A stretch of 64,000 nucleotides of DNA from Selaginella moellendorffii (GCF_000143415.4 NW_003314393.1:253175-317174); one strand, 5' to 3'. Counted from the first letter of the stretch, positions 25,304 through 38,600 are shown. Translations and numbers: made by a program. The notes: generated by a model from the sequence alone, not told the origin.

Positions 25304-28300
25304 GTGGATGTTGAGATGAACACTCAAATCGATGTTGGTGTTATTGAGGCTGTTGGTACTGGTGCTCCTGAGGCTGCGGGTACTGGTGGTGGGGTACTTG
25401 TATCTGATGTTGGCGGTGGTGGGGGTGCTATGCCTTCGGTTGCTGAGGCTGCTCGCGGCCAGGTCAATGAACCAGCTGAGGACGTTATTGGTAGCGTTGT
25501 AGGTGGATCTACTACAGAGGCTACTGGGGGCATGGTAGCTGCTCCTACTGCTCCTCAGGCTGGTGGTGCAGGGGGAGCTAATGGTGGTGAGGGATTATGC
25601 ATGCATGATTCTGACACCATCTTGAATGATCGTGTTCGGGACACAATTATCCAAGCTCAAGAACGGACAGTCAGTAAAGTGTTACAGGAAATGGCGTGGA
25701 ATGGCCCTCATCGATTTCTAGTTCCTTTGTGCCGATTGGTTCAAAGCCATTGGGTGCGCTCAGCTTACGACCTCAACATGGCTATCTACAGCTCCTTTGC
25801 CGAGGTCGGGTTTGGGAGCACAGCTGGTACCTTCATTGTTTCACCAACTTTCCCTGGAACCGGCCGGACAGAGTCAGTGACTACTGAACTTGAGGAAAAA
25901 TGGGATCCTATATGGCTGCGAAAGTCTCGTGAGTTTGATGGATTCTTAGGACAACATGTGGAGACAGCAGGGTTCATTGGAAAGCTCTTTTGGGTGATCG
26001 ATGGAAACCATAGGTGGCTGGCATTTTGGAAGTGCATTCAAGAGAAGTTCCGAGATGACGAAGAACGACACATTAGTGTTCCAGTCACACTTGTCGAACC
26101 AATGACTCGGGAGCACACTGTGAAGCTCAACATGGCATGCCATAAGATCAACATGTAAGAATTTATTTTTTGTAAACTTAGCTAATATCGTGTTTTTGCA
26201 GGCTAAACCAATTTGCGTTTCAAGCTCATACATTGGTACATGACATTGAGCACCTTCGGTTTATGGGCATGCTCTCGCTAGAGGAGGTCCAAACGTTGTA
26301 CAATCGTGAGGTATTTGAAGCAATTCGAGTGAAGCTAGGAGCTAGGAAAGGCCAAGAATTGCAGACTTGGTACCAACTGCCACTTGATTTTCTAGTTGCT
26401 GTCTGGGCGAAGGTAAATTATTATTGAAGTATGTATCAACTTACATAATGTTTCTTGCAGCCTATAATCAAAGGAGAAAGAGCGTCATTCTTTAAAAATG
26501 CTCGAGGGGACGAGCAGCAGAAGGAGATGGAGTGGCATGCGATTGAGCAGCGAATTTTGAATACGAAGAGAACAAAGGTGAAAAAGTTGCTCTCGATTGC
26601 AGACATACGACGCGGGCAGGAATGGCTTGATAGCATTGCCGAGATTTGTTCTCGCGTTCGTAAGTTCTTATAAAATTTGTGAAACATTTCATAACTCTTT
26701 GTGTGTGTAGGAACTGGTAAAGCACCGGAGGAACTCATTTACAACATCTCTAAGAGTAAAATGTCCTTTGCTGAACAAAGTGTCTGCTTGGAACTTCTCA
26801 ACACTTGGCTGCGAAATAACGAAAAACGCTGCGAGATAAGGATGGAGAAGGTGATGAAGGAGAAGGCGTACATTTCTCAGAGTATTGCCGCTGGTGAGGA
26901 GATGCTACAAGTCTGGGATGAGAAGTTTCTTTCCAGCACCCGCACAGGTATCACTCTCGAAGAATATATTCGTGCTTGTCTTGCGGAGCTAGGGAATGGT
27001 TGGCTTCCACGTGGTGGGACGAGTTCGGCTGAGTTCAAGAACCAACCAGGACAACCATTTCTTGCGAGGCGCATGGTTTACAGGTATTTTTTCAATTCTC
27101 ATTTATATATGGGAATTTATATTTTTGTTTTACTTTGTAGATATTTAAAATATAGCCCCGGCGCACCGGTATACACAACCCGGTGTTTTGCAGAAGCTCC
27201 TGACTAGAGGCAAGAAGCTTGGGATGTATGAGCCAGAGTTCTACTGTCCTTGTACACATGAGAGGGAGCTATGCCCGTGGTACCTTGAACTCGTGGAGCA
27301 GATGCCAACATCGGACTTCGAGCTAGATCTCTACCTTGAATGTCATCCAGGTTCACTTGAAACTCAGCACTTAGCTAGGAAATATTAACCTTGAGTTATA
27401 TTCTTATTTTCCAGAGGCTCTTTCTGACTGTGATAACGACATTGTTGAAGTTCAACAACTAAACCTAGAAGTCAGCACTCAGGAAACCATGCCAAATCCA
27501 AATACTGTTGAACCAGAGGAAATTGTACAGGAAATTCCAGCACAAGAGATTCCAGTACCTGCTCCTCGCAACCCCCGAAGGGGCCGTCATGAAACCTTTC
27601 ATGAGAGTAAGGACTTTGATTTGGAACATTCTTTTATTCATTCTTGACTTCACTTTTTTTTTTATAGATGTTGCAGAGAGCAGCCATCAGTCTTTTCGGC
27701 GGACTAAGACATTCTTCCCATCCCTCCCTACGGCTACAGATGACGACCTAGAAGAGCTCTCCTCTGCAGCGATGCATAAACAGGTTAGTAAGCATGAATT
27801 TTATCTTCAACTTTTAGTTCTAATAATTGATTTTCAGGTTCGCCCTCTATCCCCAACGGCCAGTGTTGGGGAAGTTGCTATTCTCATTGGGGATTACACA
27901 CAGCTTTTAGATGCTACTAGTCGGGAGCTCTACATGCTTGATCGGTGGATCCATGGTTTGGGTCAGCTCACACCTTATGGGAAGATCGATTTCATCTTTT
28001 TTGATCTTCCCGATGGGATGGCACCACCACAGGGGGATACTCCGTCATGGAATGTGTTGCAGGCCCAACACATTTCCCAAGCCTTAAAGGTTGCGAGCAG
28101 CTTCATGACATACGAGGGTGTGGTTGTCATGATCCTTCCTCGCTCTCTAATGTGGGAAGGCCTTCTCGCACACTTGGCTGACAACGATGATGGATTTGTT
28201 GAGTTTTCATCTGGCTGCCTTCTTTCGAGTATGGCGGTGGACACAAAAGGCACTAGCAGGCAGACGCGAAAGGTGTGTGACTTCTTTATCTATAAATTAA

Positions 28301-28936
28301 CTCTATTCTATTTTTTTTTTCCAGATTTATTCCTGGAACTACCATGCTCTATGCCACATTGGGAACCGGCGTAATGCCACACGAGCTGACGAGCGTGCTG
28401 CTCTTGCTTTACCAGGATATGACAGCTCTACAGACATCATCCCAAATGTGATTGACTCGGACGTTCTTCACCCAGCGTTCCCTGGTTATCGACATCGTTC
28501 GGTCACGGCCATGCAAATCTTGTTGGAGTTATTTTGTCCGCCAAAGGGGATTGTGCTTGATGCTACAGCAGGATTTGGATCAATGGTGCAGGCAGCAAAA
28601 GAGACAGGCCGAGCGGTTTTTGCACTTGAGAAGGAGGGTGCCTTTGAGGACATTCTTAGGAGATTTTGCGACAGGTGATGTTAGTGCTTGAAATAATCTA
28701 TAATATTTATTCTCAAATGTTTATATTTTATTAGGTCTACACTTATCACACACAGTGTTTCAGTCCACACGCTTGATCTTGATGATATGGATGATCATAT
28801 GGACCAAAGTCAATTCCACTTACCTATTTATGCTGAACGTATGGCACAACATTACATACAACACGAGCCTATAGTGAAGGAGCATTCCACTATACCCATT
28901 TCTACTTTTCTGGATATGGAAGCAGAAGAAGATTGA
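25304..28936 (+). CDS. TE cargo gene: ParB/Srx-like domain plus beta-class N4/N6 DNA methyltransferase-like domain
   Basis: Exons are joined by ~46-60 nt GT-AG introns (e.g. 26156-26201, 26413-26460, 28273-28324, 28675-28734). Motifs: FWVIDGNHRWLAF (ParB-like), KIDFIFFDLPDG (motif IV variant), and LLELFCPPKGIVLDATAGFGSMVQAAKETGRAVFALEKE (motifs X-I-II). The 5' end may extend into the gap. One frame ambiguity lies near 27170-27210. Confidence 0.8.
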
Positions 28937-29054
28937 ATATATTCTGATTTTAATATAAATTATATTGTTTAATATATTATTTTCTTTTTTTGTAGACTAA
29001 AAGATTAGTTCATGTCGAACCAATAATCTACATGAGCTTATGGAATACCTTAAA

Positions 29055-29214
29055 CACCTAGATTTTATGTTAAAAATTCTTGGTTCAGGACGAACTAAGG
29101 TAGTGCCATTAAACTTTCGCCAGTTAGGGGATTGTATTGACTTCCGTTGACTTTCGTTGACTTTCATTGACTTGAGCTCAGCTCGTGAGCTCAGCTCAAA
29201 AACTACCCAGCCCC
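29055..29214. repeat. Terminal (presumed TIR) region of MULE B with TTGACTTTCG-type 10-bp repeats and GAGCTCAGCTC repeats
   Basis: Shared with 17227-17367. The tandem TTGACTT(T/C)C(G/A) units are directly visible. Confidence 0.75.
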
Positions 29215-29319
29215 GCCTCATGCCATTTCTAAATGTGGTCCTAAGCCATTCCATGGTGAACATACCAGGAAGCACAAGTGCCGAATATCAAGAGGAAGCG
29301 GTAGCCACACCAAAGACAG

Positions 29320-31720
29320 TGCCGCTCGCAACACCGCAACTACTCGTAGCGCCGCTCGCAACACCGCAACTGCTCGTAGCGCCGCTTGCACAAACTGCCA
29401 CTCGCATAAACTGCCGCTCGGAATGGCGCTCGCAATGCCGCAACCGCTCGTAGACGCATAAACCACAGCCCACAACGCCGCTTACACAAGCAGCGCTCAC
29501 TGCGCTCAGCGGAACCAAGAACACGGCGCACAAAAATGATAGACCTAGGAATGAGTTCGAGAATTCAAAAATAACACACGCTTGAACGTCACATCAAATC
29601 CTTTGACAAACCAGATCTTATGATTCCTCTGACAAATTTCAAACTGAGTAGCTTCTAGACTTTGCTGTCGGAGGTTGAACTTTGTCACATCATGTCCTTG
29701 CCTCGATCCAGCTGTGCCATGTCAGTGATTCGAACTTTGCCATGCCATGTCAGCGATCCGCGCCAAGATTATTCGCCGTGTAAAGGAATAATTACGCTGT
29801 GTGTGTACGTCCATTTATGGCAATATAAGGCCACACGCCATTCAAAGAATAATGCTCGACATAAGGCCACACGCCATTCAAAGAATAATGCTAGTCGAGC
29901 ATTTTTTGGTGCATTTTTGGGTTCAAAATTGCATGAGCCCACACGCTATAAAGTTTACCTGTACCAAAAATAGAAACAGCTTTATTTACTTGGGAATTTA
30001 AGTGGTTGAGGCATTTTTAAACTTACAAACACATGCCCTACTTACATTCCTTTGGTTGCCTAAAATTCAAAAATATTATAAACCTTTCTTTTTGCATTTT
30101 CAATGTTTTCAATTATGGTTTTTGATTTTCGTAGGACCAGCCTAGTAATCTATTTGCATCCCGTCATGTTTATAGCTAGCTTTCGTTCGTCCCCTTCGCT
30201 AGCCTGAGATACATCTGCTCGGCATCTGCCTCTTACAGCATTTGCCCAGAAAGGGCATCTTTCTTCACGCAACATTTGCCACATGTTTAGGGTTTAGGGT
30301 TTAGCAATTCAGTAGCTTGATAAACATGCAAATACAGAACTTGATGCAAAATCCTTTGATATGTCACAATGCCCCTAGGACCATAAACACATTTCAATAG
30401 AGAGGGTCCTTTCATTTCATAACTCCTTACGTAGATCTTGGTGAAACCAGAGTTAGTGAAGTTAGTTTCTTGTGATCCCGCATCTGATTGTGATGTCCCT
30501 TTGCAGTTTCGATGGAAAGGTCAATGCACACCAAACTGTAAAATCTTGGAGCAAAATAACGGTCGGATCTATGGCAAATGCCCCTGAAACATTGTAAGGC
30601 TCGTGTGGTCTCATGTGGTGTCCGATCGAGATGCTTCTTTGCAGGGTCATCAAGAAAGACATTGTATACCATTCTGTAAAATCTAGTTGCGATCTAACGG
30701 TTGGATCTCCAGAAAACTCAAAAAAATCTCGCGCGTGTCAGAATATCCTAGGAATATACTCCTATGTGCCCCTGAAAATGGCATGCGGCCCCACGCCATT
30801 CAAGAGATAATGCCAGATGACGCCGAGAATTTTTTGGTACATTTTTTGGGTTCAAAATTGCATGAGCCCACACGCTATAAAGTTTATCTTTGCCAAATAG
30901 AGAAAAGTTTATCTGTGTCATGTGAGGTAGTTACAGTCCTTTGTGCTCGGCATCTGCCTCTTGCAGCATTTGCACTGAAAGGGAATTTTTCTCCATTCAG
31001 CATTTGGCCCTGAAAATGGCATGCGCCCACACGCCATTCAAGGAATAACGCCACAGGACGCCTGGATTTTTGGGTTTAAAATGTTTAGGGTTTTTTGGGT
31101 TTTTTCAAAATATTTTGGGTCCAACGTTTTTTGGGTTTCTTTGGTTCAAAATTGCATGAGCCCACACGCTATAATATTGATTTGAGAGAAAAATAGAAAC
31201 AGATAGAATTTCTTTATTTAGCTGAACATCTGCCATTTTTGGAAATACAAGATGCTTTGGAATATCCAATCATGCATGGTATAAATATAGCGAGGGTATT
31301 AAATGATATCCCAATCATGATCTTTCTTTTGGATTTCGCGTGCATGCAGTCCGAGGAATGATGACGTTGCGGATTTCTTTTGGATTTTGCGTGCTTGCAT
31401 GCGCGCGGCAATCCAGAAATTAATGGTGGCGCCCAAGTCCGAGGAATGATGACGTGGCGGGATTACCAACCGTTATGACATTTCGCGCGTGTGAGGTTAG
31501 GTTTTGCATTTTGCTTTGTACTCGCGCTCGCACACTCGCGCTCGCACTCGCATCACACTCGCGCTCGCACTCGCATCACACTCGCGCTCCCGCTCGCATC
31601 GCGCTCCCACTCGCGATCACGCTCACTTCTCTACAGGTTTCTCGTGTGCATCGGCGTCCACTCGCGCTTGCATCACACTCGCGCTCGCATCGCGCTCGTG
31701 TGCATCGGCGTCCACTTCAA
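29320..31720. promoter_or_regulatory. Non-coding region between the divergent Sola genes, with repeats
   Basis: Contains a 30-bp tandem repeat (~29320-29390), three ~100-200 bp repeated units carrying the palindrome (~29820-29970, ~30770-30900, ~31010-31170), a TTTAGGG run (~30287-30304) and CACTCGCGCTCG repeats (~31520-31700). No credible ORF. Confidence 0.5.
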
Positions 31721-34084
31721 GACACACCCAGTTTGTAACTTCGCCGCCAACTCCGCCGCCCACTCCACCACCCACACGCAGCCCACTTGGCGTCCCGGGA
31801 GATTTCAGCACCACTCTCCAACTGTAAGTGGCAGAGTAGCCTTGCTGCTACGATCCGCTGCACACACAGTGCACATTCGCCAGCGAGTCCGGCCTCGATT
31901 GTCACGGCCTCCATTCGGCTTCAAATGGTAAGTCTTTTAGACGAAGTAGAAAATGGCATGAGGCCACATGCCATTCAGTAGCAACATTGGCATGCACCGA
32001 TTGGGCTCTCGAGTGCAGTCCGGTTACAGATGGCGTGTAGCCTCACGCCATCTTAGGATGCAGCCTCAAGACATCTGATGCAGTGGTGAATGGCGTGTGG
32101 CCTCATGTTATTTCCAGCTGCTAGCTTTTCATCTGTCAGCTCTAATTGTTGTGCATTTTTGAACAGGCGAGGAATTGCGTTCTTCTTCCAGCCACTGTCA
32201 ATGTGGATGCAGAGAAGGGGGAGGAGCTCACCAGTTGGACTTTCGGGATGGAAGGCAAGGATCTGATGCTGTACAACACAGATGGTGGGAGAAAAGAATG
32301 CATGGGGATCCTCATCCAAGTGACAGACACTCCATGCAGTTCCATGCAAGAATATGGACTGGCACTTGTGGTAGAGACAGCGTCCGCCTTCAAGATCCAC
32401 CTTGCACATCCTAGCGGCTTCCCGGAGGGGGGCAGCGGCTATGAGGAATTCCTAGAGGGAGCTAGGGAGAGGTTGTCCAGGAGGCCCACAATTTCAAAGA
32501 CGCTGCGGGTCTATGAAGATCACATGGAATCCACGGACCTCACCTACGGCGATGTTCAAAAACTATATTCCAACATTGAGCCGTTGAGAGTGCCTCCAGT
32601 TTGCGAAGCGAAGGGGAAGGGGGTCGATCTGGAAACTACCCCGAAGCAGAAAAGGGTGGTCAAGCTCAAGCCGACGTCTGACTCTGCTGCTCCAAAAAAG
32701 AAGCTACTCGGTGATGCCATTGCCTCGGGTTCGAACACTACACCCACCAAAAAGAAGAGCTGCAAAGAGCAGAAAGAGCAAGAAGAGGCAGCAAAAATCG
32801 TCGCAGATAATAGTACTTGTTACTATTCCAACAAAGTATATACAATCGACGTGAGCCGTATCGAGATCCAAAGCAAATACAACCACAGGCTAGTATCTGA
32901 TGAGTGGGTGGAGAAACTGAAGCAGAAGATGCTGGCAAGTCCAGTAACACCCGACATCGCAGACGTGATCCCCTACTACCGAACAATGAAGGGCGAGACG
33001 AGGTTTCCAGACTTGATCAATAAGAAGGTGTTGGACGATCAGAACATCCGGTTCTATGCCGTCTCTGGGCAGCATTCTAGCTTGGCGATGCAACAGATAG
33101 TTGTGGATATTATGGTGGGCGAGGAGGTGAAGGAAGTCTTCAAGACAAGAGTTGTCCGCCTGATAAAAGGTAACTCGCCCCTCCGATCTATCATATACAT
33201 CTCCCACGCGCAGAATGTCAAGCAAGAAACGTGCTACAAATCGGGTCTGCACGAGACATTGGCACGAACACGGAAGCTCTGGGTTCAACTGAAGAAGCCA
33301 CAAAAACCAGGACAAGGACGTGCACTAGCAACTAGCGCCTGGCAGGTAAGCCTCGTTGCATGTGGCATAGCATGTGGCCTCACGCCATTTCCATTGCAGG
33401 AATTCTCGAGTCTTCTCTCGAAAACACTGGGGGTCAATGACACACTCAGCATCCATAACATTCTACTCGCGACAAAAGTTGTTTTTGACAAATGGGTAGA
33501 TGTGCTAAGGAGGTACCATGACGGGGAGTTGCTAAACTCAATGGGTGTGGAGGACGGCCGGAAGCCCAATGATTTGAAGCTCAACGCCTTGCGTTTCTCG
33601 CGGTCTCTAGACGACGACGACCTTCTGACAGTGGCTAATGTTCTTCTACGTGGTGAGGTAGTCTTCAACAAGACCAAAATGACTCCCGGCCATATTGTGA
33701 CATACGAGGACTTGTGCACGACTCTGAGAGCTCGTGCGCTATTGAAGGATTGGATCTTCTAGCAAGTGGCCGTGGCGAGGGTGAGCATCGACACCACGCA
33801 AGAGATGATGGAAGAGCTGGAGTTGTCAAATGAAGACATCAACGAGTACGTGAAGGGGGCCCCCAAGTTCATCGATCTGCTGCGGGATGCCACGAAAAGT
33901 AAAGCTGAGAAGTTGGATCAGTATCCAAATTTCATTAAGAGGGATGTCGACCGCCGGCTTCAGAAACAGCTCGACCCCGCAGCAGAGGCCTATCGAGAAC
34001 CTTACCGGGTATACGTGAGTTCGGATGAGGATCAAAGGTGGAGGAGCATCGTTTCCCGCGGAGATGAGCAGGTCAAGAACATCT

Positions 34085-35231
34085 TGTAAGCCACAAATTT
34101 TTCCTTTCCAATTTGCCAGCTTACCTCGTCTATCCGTCCAACACTGCCTTGGCTTTTGCTAAGTTCCCTTGCCAAGGTTCTCGCCTATGGTACCAGCTCC
34201 TACTTGGTTTCAGCTACTCACTGCACGAGCAATGGAGCGTTAGCCATCCTTCCACGGATTCCCAAATCACTCCCAATCCCCCTCCCCGGGTTAGACTGGA
34301 CTTAAGGTTCGGCTACACTCCCCGCAAGCACAAGCAGCCAAGCACACCAAGCTTCCAGGTTCCTAACATCCTTGGTACCACAAGACTTGATCATAGGATC
34401 CTCTAAATCCCAAGTCTTGAGTGCAACGCTTGCTTCGGGACGCCGGGGCGAAACACCGTGGCCTAACGGCCCGGCATGGGTACCTCTCGCCCCCCACTTC
34501 CATCCCGAAGGAAGGCCCAAGCCCCTAGGAAGGGCGAGGACCAATGAGCCGCATGGTACTCAAGTGGGGCACCACTCCACATGAGCCGGGAGCACCGCAA
34601 TCGGTTTCCCTTTCGGGAGTGGGAGCTGCTCTTGAGCACTTCCTTGGATGGCCCCTCCGGCACCAGCCAAGTCCATGCTCACTCCCACCCAAGGCCCTTT
34701 AGTCCCAGTCCCGACCTCAAGTCGGTTTGGAAGCCCAACTGGAGAGTCCCTTCAAAACTGGTTCCTGGACCTCACTATCCCTACTATACTTTTGGAACCC
34801 CCTGCAGCCCCCCCCCCCTGGGGGACGCACGCTTTGGGCTTTCACCCCTTGACCCGTATTAGTATTTGGACTTAGTCTCTGGCTCGATCTCGGATCCGAT
34901 TTCGGATCCGACTTCGGATTCGGGTTCGGACTCGATCGCGGACTCGATCTCGGGCCCGATCTCGGGCCCGACCTCGGACTCGATTTCGGACTCGGTCTCG
35001 GACCCGATTTCGGATCTCGGACTCCGTCTCGAACTCGGTCTCGAACTCGGACTCGAACTCGGTCCCCGAGTCGGTCTTGGACTCGATTCCGGACCCTATC
35101 TCGAACTCGGTCCTAGAGTCGGTCTTGGACTCGATCTTTGACTTGGTCCCATCCGATGAACTCTTTGTCATTTTGGTCATGCTTTCGGGGTTCCCTTAGC
35201 CTACGACACCGCGGCGAGTTGGTTCCTTACA
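34085..35231 (-). repeat. 3' LTR of A2 (1147 bp)
   Basis: Direct repeat of 40467-41614. Confidence 0.97.
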
Positions 35232-35634
35232 ACTCCACCACCCATAGAAGAAGTTCGATGCCCACATCGAACGTCTCTTTTTTATCCTACGACTTGTTGA
35301 CCATGTCTCCGGGGGCATCCCCCCACTTAGCGGTGTGCCTAAGTTAGCCTCCCCGGCCAAGAGCTCATGACAACGGAATATAGGTGTCCCCATACTCCAC
35401 CCCTCACCACGCCCTAGTATAGGGTCGGGACTTGAACCCAGCCTTGCTTTACTAGGGGGTTGGGACTCAAACCCAACCTCCGTAGAATACGTCTACGGAT
35501 TTGACATCCCCGCAGGGAGTCGGGCGTAGCTCCCTACGCCTGGTCGACCTAGCTAACCCATGCTAATTAGCTTACCTTCGGCGCGCCTTCGGGTCCCAAC
35601 ATATGCCATTGCTCAACTTCTCAAATTGATACTT

Positions 35635-38600
35635 TTAATTGAACTTTGCATAAGTACATAGAGTTCTGCCATGCAGAAATTCCTCCACTAGATCTCGCGC
35701 GTTCGCTAGGTTCTCCTCCGGTTCCCATGTTGCTTCGCAGTGTGGAAATCCTTTCCACTTCACATGGAACTCTCTCACCTCGCGTCCTTGTCGCTTGCTC
35801 TTGCGCGCATTGAGGATGGCCTCGACTTCGTATTCCTCCTCCCCTTGGATAACCTCAGGTAAAGGTCTTACTTGGTCCTTGCGAAGCGGATCCTCAAAAT
35901 ACGGCTTGAGTAAGTTCACGTGGAACACGGGATGCATCTTCCCCATCTCTCGAGGAAGTCGGAGACGGTAAGCCACTTTACCGATTCGAGCCTCAATCTC
36001 GTAAGGCCCCGCGAACCTGCTTAAGGAACTCAAGATCAATTCATTTACAGGAATACATGCATTTTTACCTTTGGGTCAACTTTCGGCTGATCCCACTTGG
36101 TAGCCTGAGGTTCTTGGTGTTCAGCCACACCTTCTCCCCAGCTTGGAACTCTACATCCCGGCGCTTTAGGTTCGCGTACTTGGTTTGCCTTTGTTGAGCC
36201 CGTTCCAAGGAATCCCTCACTAGATTCCAAATGTTGAGTCTTTCCGCCGTGAATGCCTCCACTGCGGGTAACTCTCCATGATACTCGGCCACGCCGAGTT
36301 CCACAGGACCTTCAATAGCTCGCCCATTGATGACTTCCCATGGACTCACCCCGATACTCGAATGTGGTGAGTTGTTATAACACATTTCCGCAAGTCCCAA
36401 ATGACTTACCCAATCGGTCTGGTCTCCCGAGACATAGCATCGCAAATAATCCTCCAGCTGCCTATTCACCCTTTCCGTTTGTCCGTCTGTCAAGAAGTGT
36501 TAGGACCACCAAACTTAACTTAATACCCCATACCTGTCTGTGGGTGATAGGCTGTGCTGAATTTCAACTTGGTGCGATACTGTTCCAGGAGGGTCCTCCA
36601 GAACCTACTAGTGAAGATCTTATCTCGATCTGAGATAATCTCTTCTGGCCTTCCCCGCACTCGAACCACTTGTTTGAAGAACAGCTTCGCCACACCTTCC
36701 GCATCCACTTCCGTTGTGGTGGGTATGAAATGTGCCATCTTCGAAAATCGATCCACCACCACGAATATCGCATCGAACCCCTCGCTTGGGGGTAGTCCCG
36801 TGATGAAGTCCATCGTAAGACATTTCCACGGACGATCTGGAATTGGGATGCTTTGCAACAAGCCCCCACTAGCCTTAGTCACGGCTTTGACTTGCTGACA
36901 TGTTGGACATGTCTTTACATAGTCCTGGACGTCCTTAGCCATATCTGGCCAATGGTACTTCCTCTTGAGTAAGCCCATCGTCTTGGGCTCTCCGCCGTGT
37001 CCCGCAAGAGGTCCGTCATGACACTCTTCTAAGGCTACCTTCCTTAGTCCCCCTTCTGGAACATATACCCTCGTTTGCTTGTAATAAATGAGTCCGTTGC
37101 GTTCCGCATAGCCCGTTTTCTCTTCCGTTGGCAGCTCACCTCTCTGGTGAGCTTCCCGCGCCTCCAGATTCCTCAGCAACACTTCTTGTGCTAGACCATC
37201 ACTCTCGTATGCGGTCTGCACATCGTCCCAAAAGGTTGCTGTCGCGCTAGATATCGCCAACTTCAAGCTCGCTTTTCGACTGAGCGCATCTGCCACGATG
37301 TTGCTCTTCCCAGGCTTGTACAGGATCTCGCAATCAAACTCGGCCAAAGCATTGGCCCACCCACCTTGTTTTCCCCTTAGGTCGGGTTGTGACAAGAAGT
37401 GTTTCGTTGCCACATTGTCCGTGTAAACTTTGAAGTGTCTCCCAAGGTAGTGTCGCCACTCCTTGAGCGCCTTGACCACCGCAAACAATTCCTTCTCGTG
37501 GGTAGGCCACTTCCGTTGAGCCTTGTCCAGCTTCTTCGAGAAGAACGCTACTGGATGGTTGTCTTGCTTCAAAACTGCGCCCAATGCAAAGTCCGAAGCA
37601 TCCGTGTCTACCTCAAAGTCTTTACCAAAGTCTGGTAAGGCCAACACCGGAGCCTTCCTCAACTTCCCTTTGAGGTGGACGAATGCTGCCTCGCATTCCG
37701 CTGTCCATACCATCTTCCCTTTTCCTGTTTGGTCCGTTAAGGGCAGGGCTACTCTCGAATAGTGTCTGATAAACTTTCGATAGTAGTTGCATAGCCCCAG
37801 GAACTCCCTCAACTCATGTACGTTCGATGGTCGTTCCCATTCCTGGATCGCTTGGACTTTCTCCGGGTCCACCTTGAGCCCGTCCTGGCCCACCACATGC
37901 CCGAGAAACTTTACCTCTTGTTGAGCAAAGTCACATTTGCTCTCTTTAGCATACAGTTTGTGTTCCCTTAGTTTCTCAAACACCTTCGCCAAGTGTTCGG
38001 CATGCTCCTCTAGCGTCTCGCTATAGATCAGGATGTCGTCAATATAGACGACCACGAAGCGATCCAGATAGGGTACAAAGATGTGGTTCATCAACGCCGA
38101 AAACGTTGCCGGCGCATTGCACAGCCCAAAGGGCATCACCAAAAACTCAAAGCTCCCATACCTCGTTCGACAGGTTGTCTTCTCGACATCTTCCTCAGCT
38201 ACCCTGATCTGGTAGTATCCTGACCTTAGGTCAATCCTCGAGAAGTATTTTGCCTTTCCCAACCTATCGAACAGGTCCTCGATCCTTGGCAAAGGGTACT
38301 TGTTCTTCTTGGTATACTTGTTGAGCAACCAGTAGTCTATGCACATGCGCATAGATCCATCTTTCTTTTTCACAAATAGCACCGGCGCCCCATACGGCGA
38401 CTTGCTCAACCTAACATACCCTTTGTCCACCAACTCCTCTAGTTGGCTCTTGAGCTCCTTGAGTTCTTTTTCGTTCAATCGATAGGGTGGACGAACCACC
38501 GCCTCAGCACCCTCGACCAGCTCAATCTTATGTTCTATCGGTCGTGCGGGGGGCAACCCCGCCGGTAGCTCCTCTGGCATGGTATCCTGGAATTGGTCCA

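Larger units (their letters stand above)
20661..29214. mobile_element. MULE (Mutator-superfamily) element B with divergent transposase and ParB-methyltransferase genes
   Basis: MULE transposase on the minus strand and cargo gene on the plus strand. The end ...AAAAACTACCCAGCCCC at 29214 is defined by a second copy with a different flank (17227). The left end is not visible. Confidence 0.8.

Noticed and set aside
24337-25327. Long ORFs of 258-325 aa
   Set aside because: They are artefacts of reading through N gaps.
25304-28936. Bacterial or phage contamination, or a restriction-modification locus
   Set aside because: The gene has many GT-AG introns, lies inside plant TEs, has a second genomic copy in the window, and has no nuclease partner or operon structure.
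17227-29214. A single MULE bounded by the inverted repeats at 17227 and 29214
   Set aside because: There is no TSD, and the 17227 piece continues at 45499-45901 after the Sola TSD. These are the same end of two different copies.
30285-30305. Telomere or interstitial telomeric array
   Set aside because: There are only about 2.5 units; treated as a possible telo-box instead.
29800-32120. CRISPR-like array
   Set aside because: Spacing is irregular, the intervening sequences are themselves repeated, and no cas genes are present.
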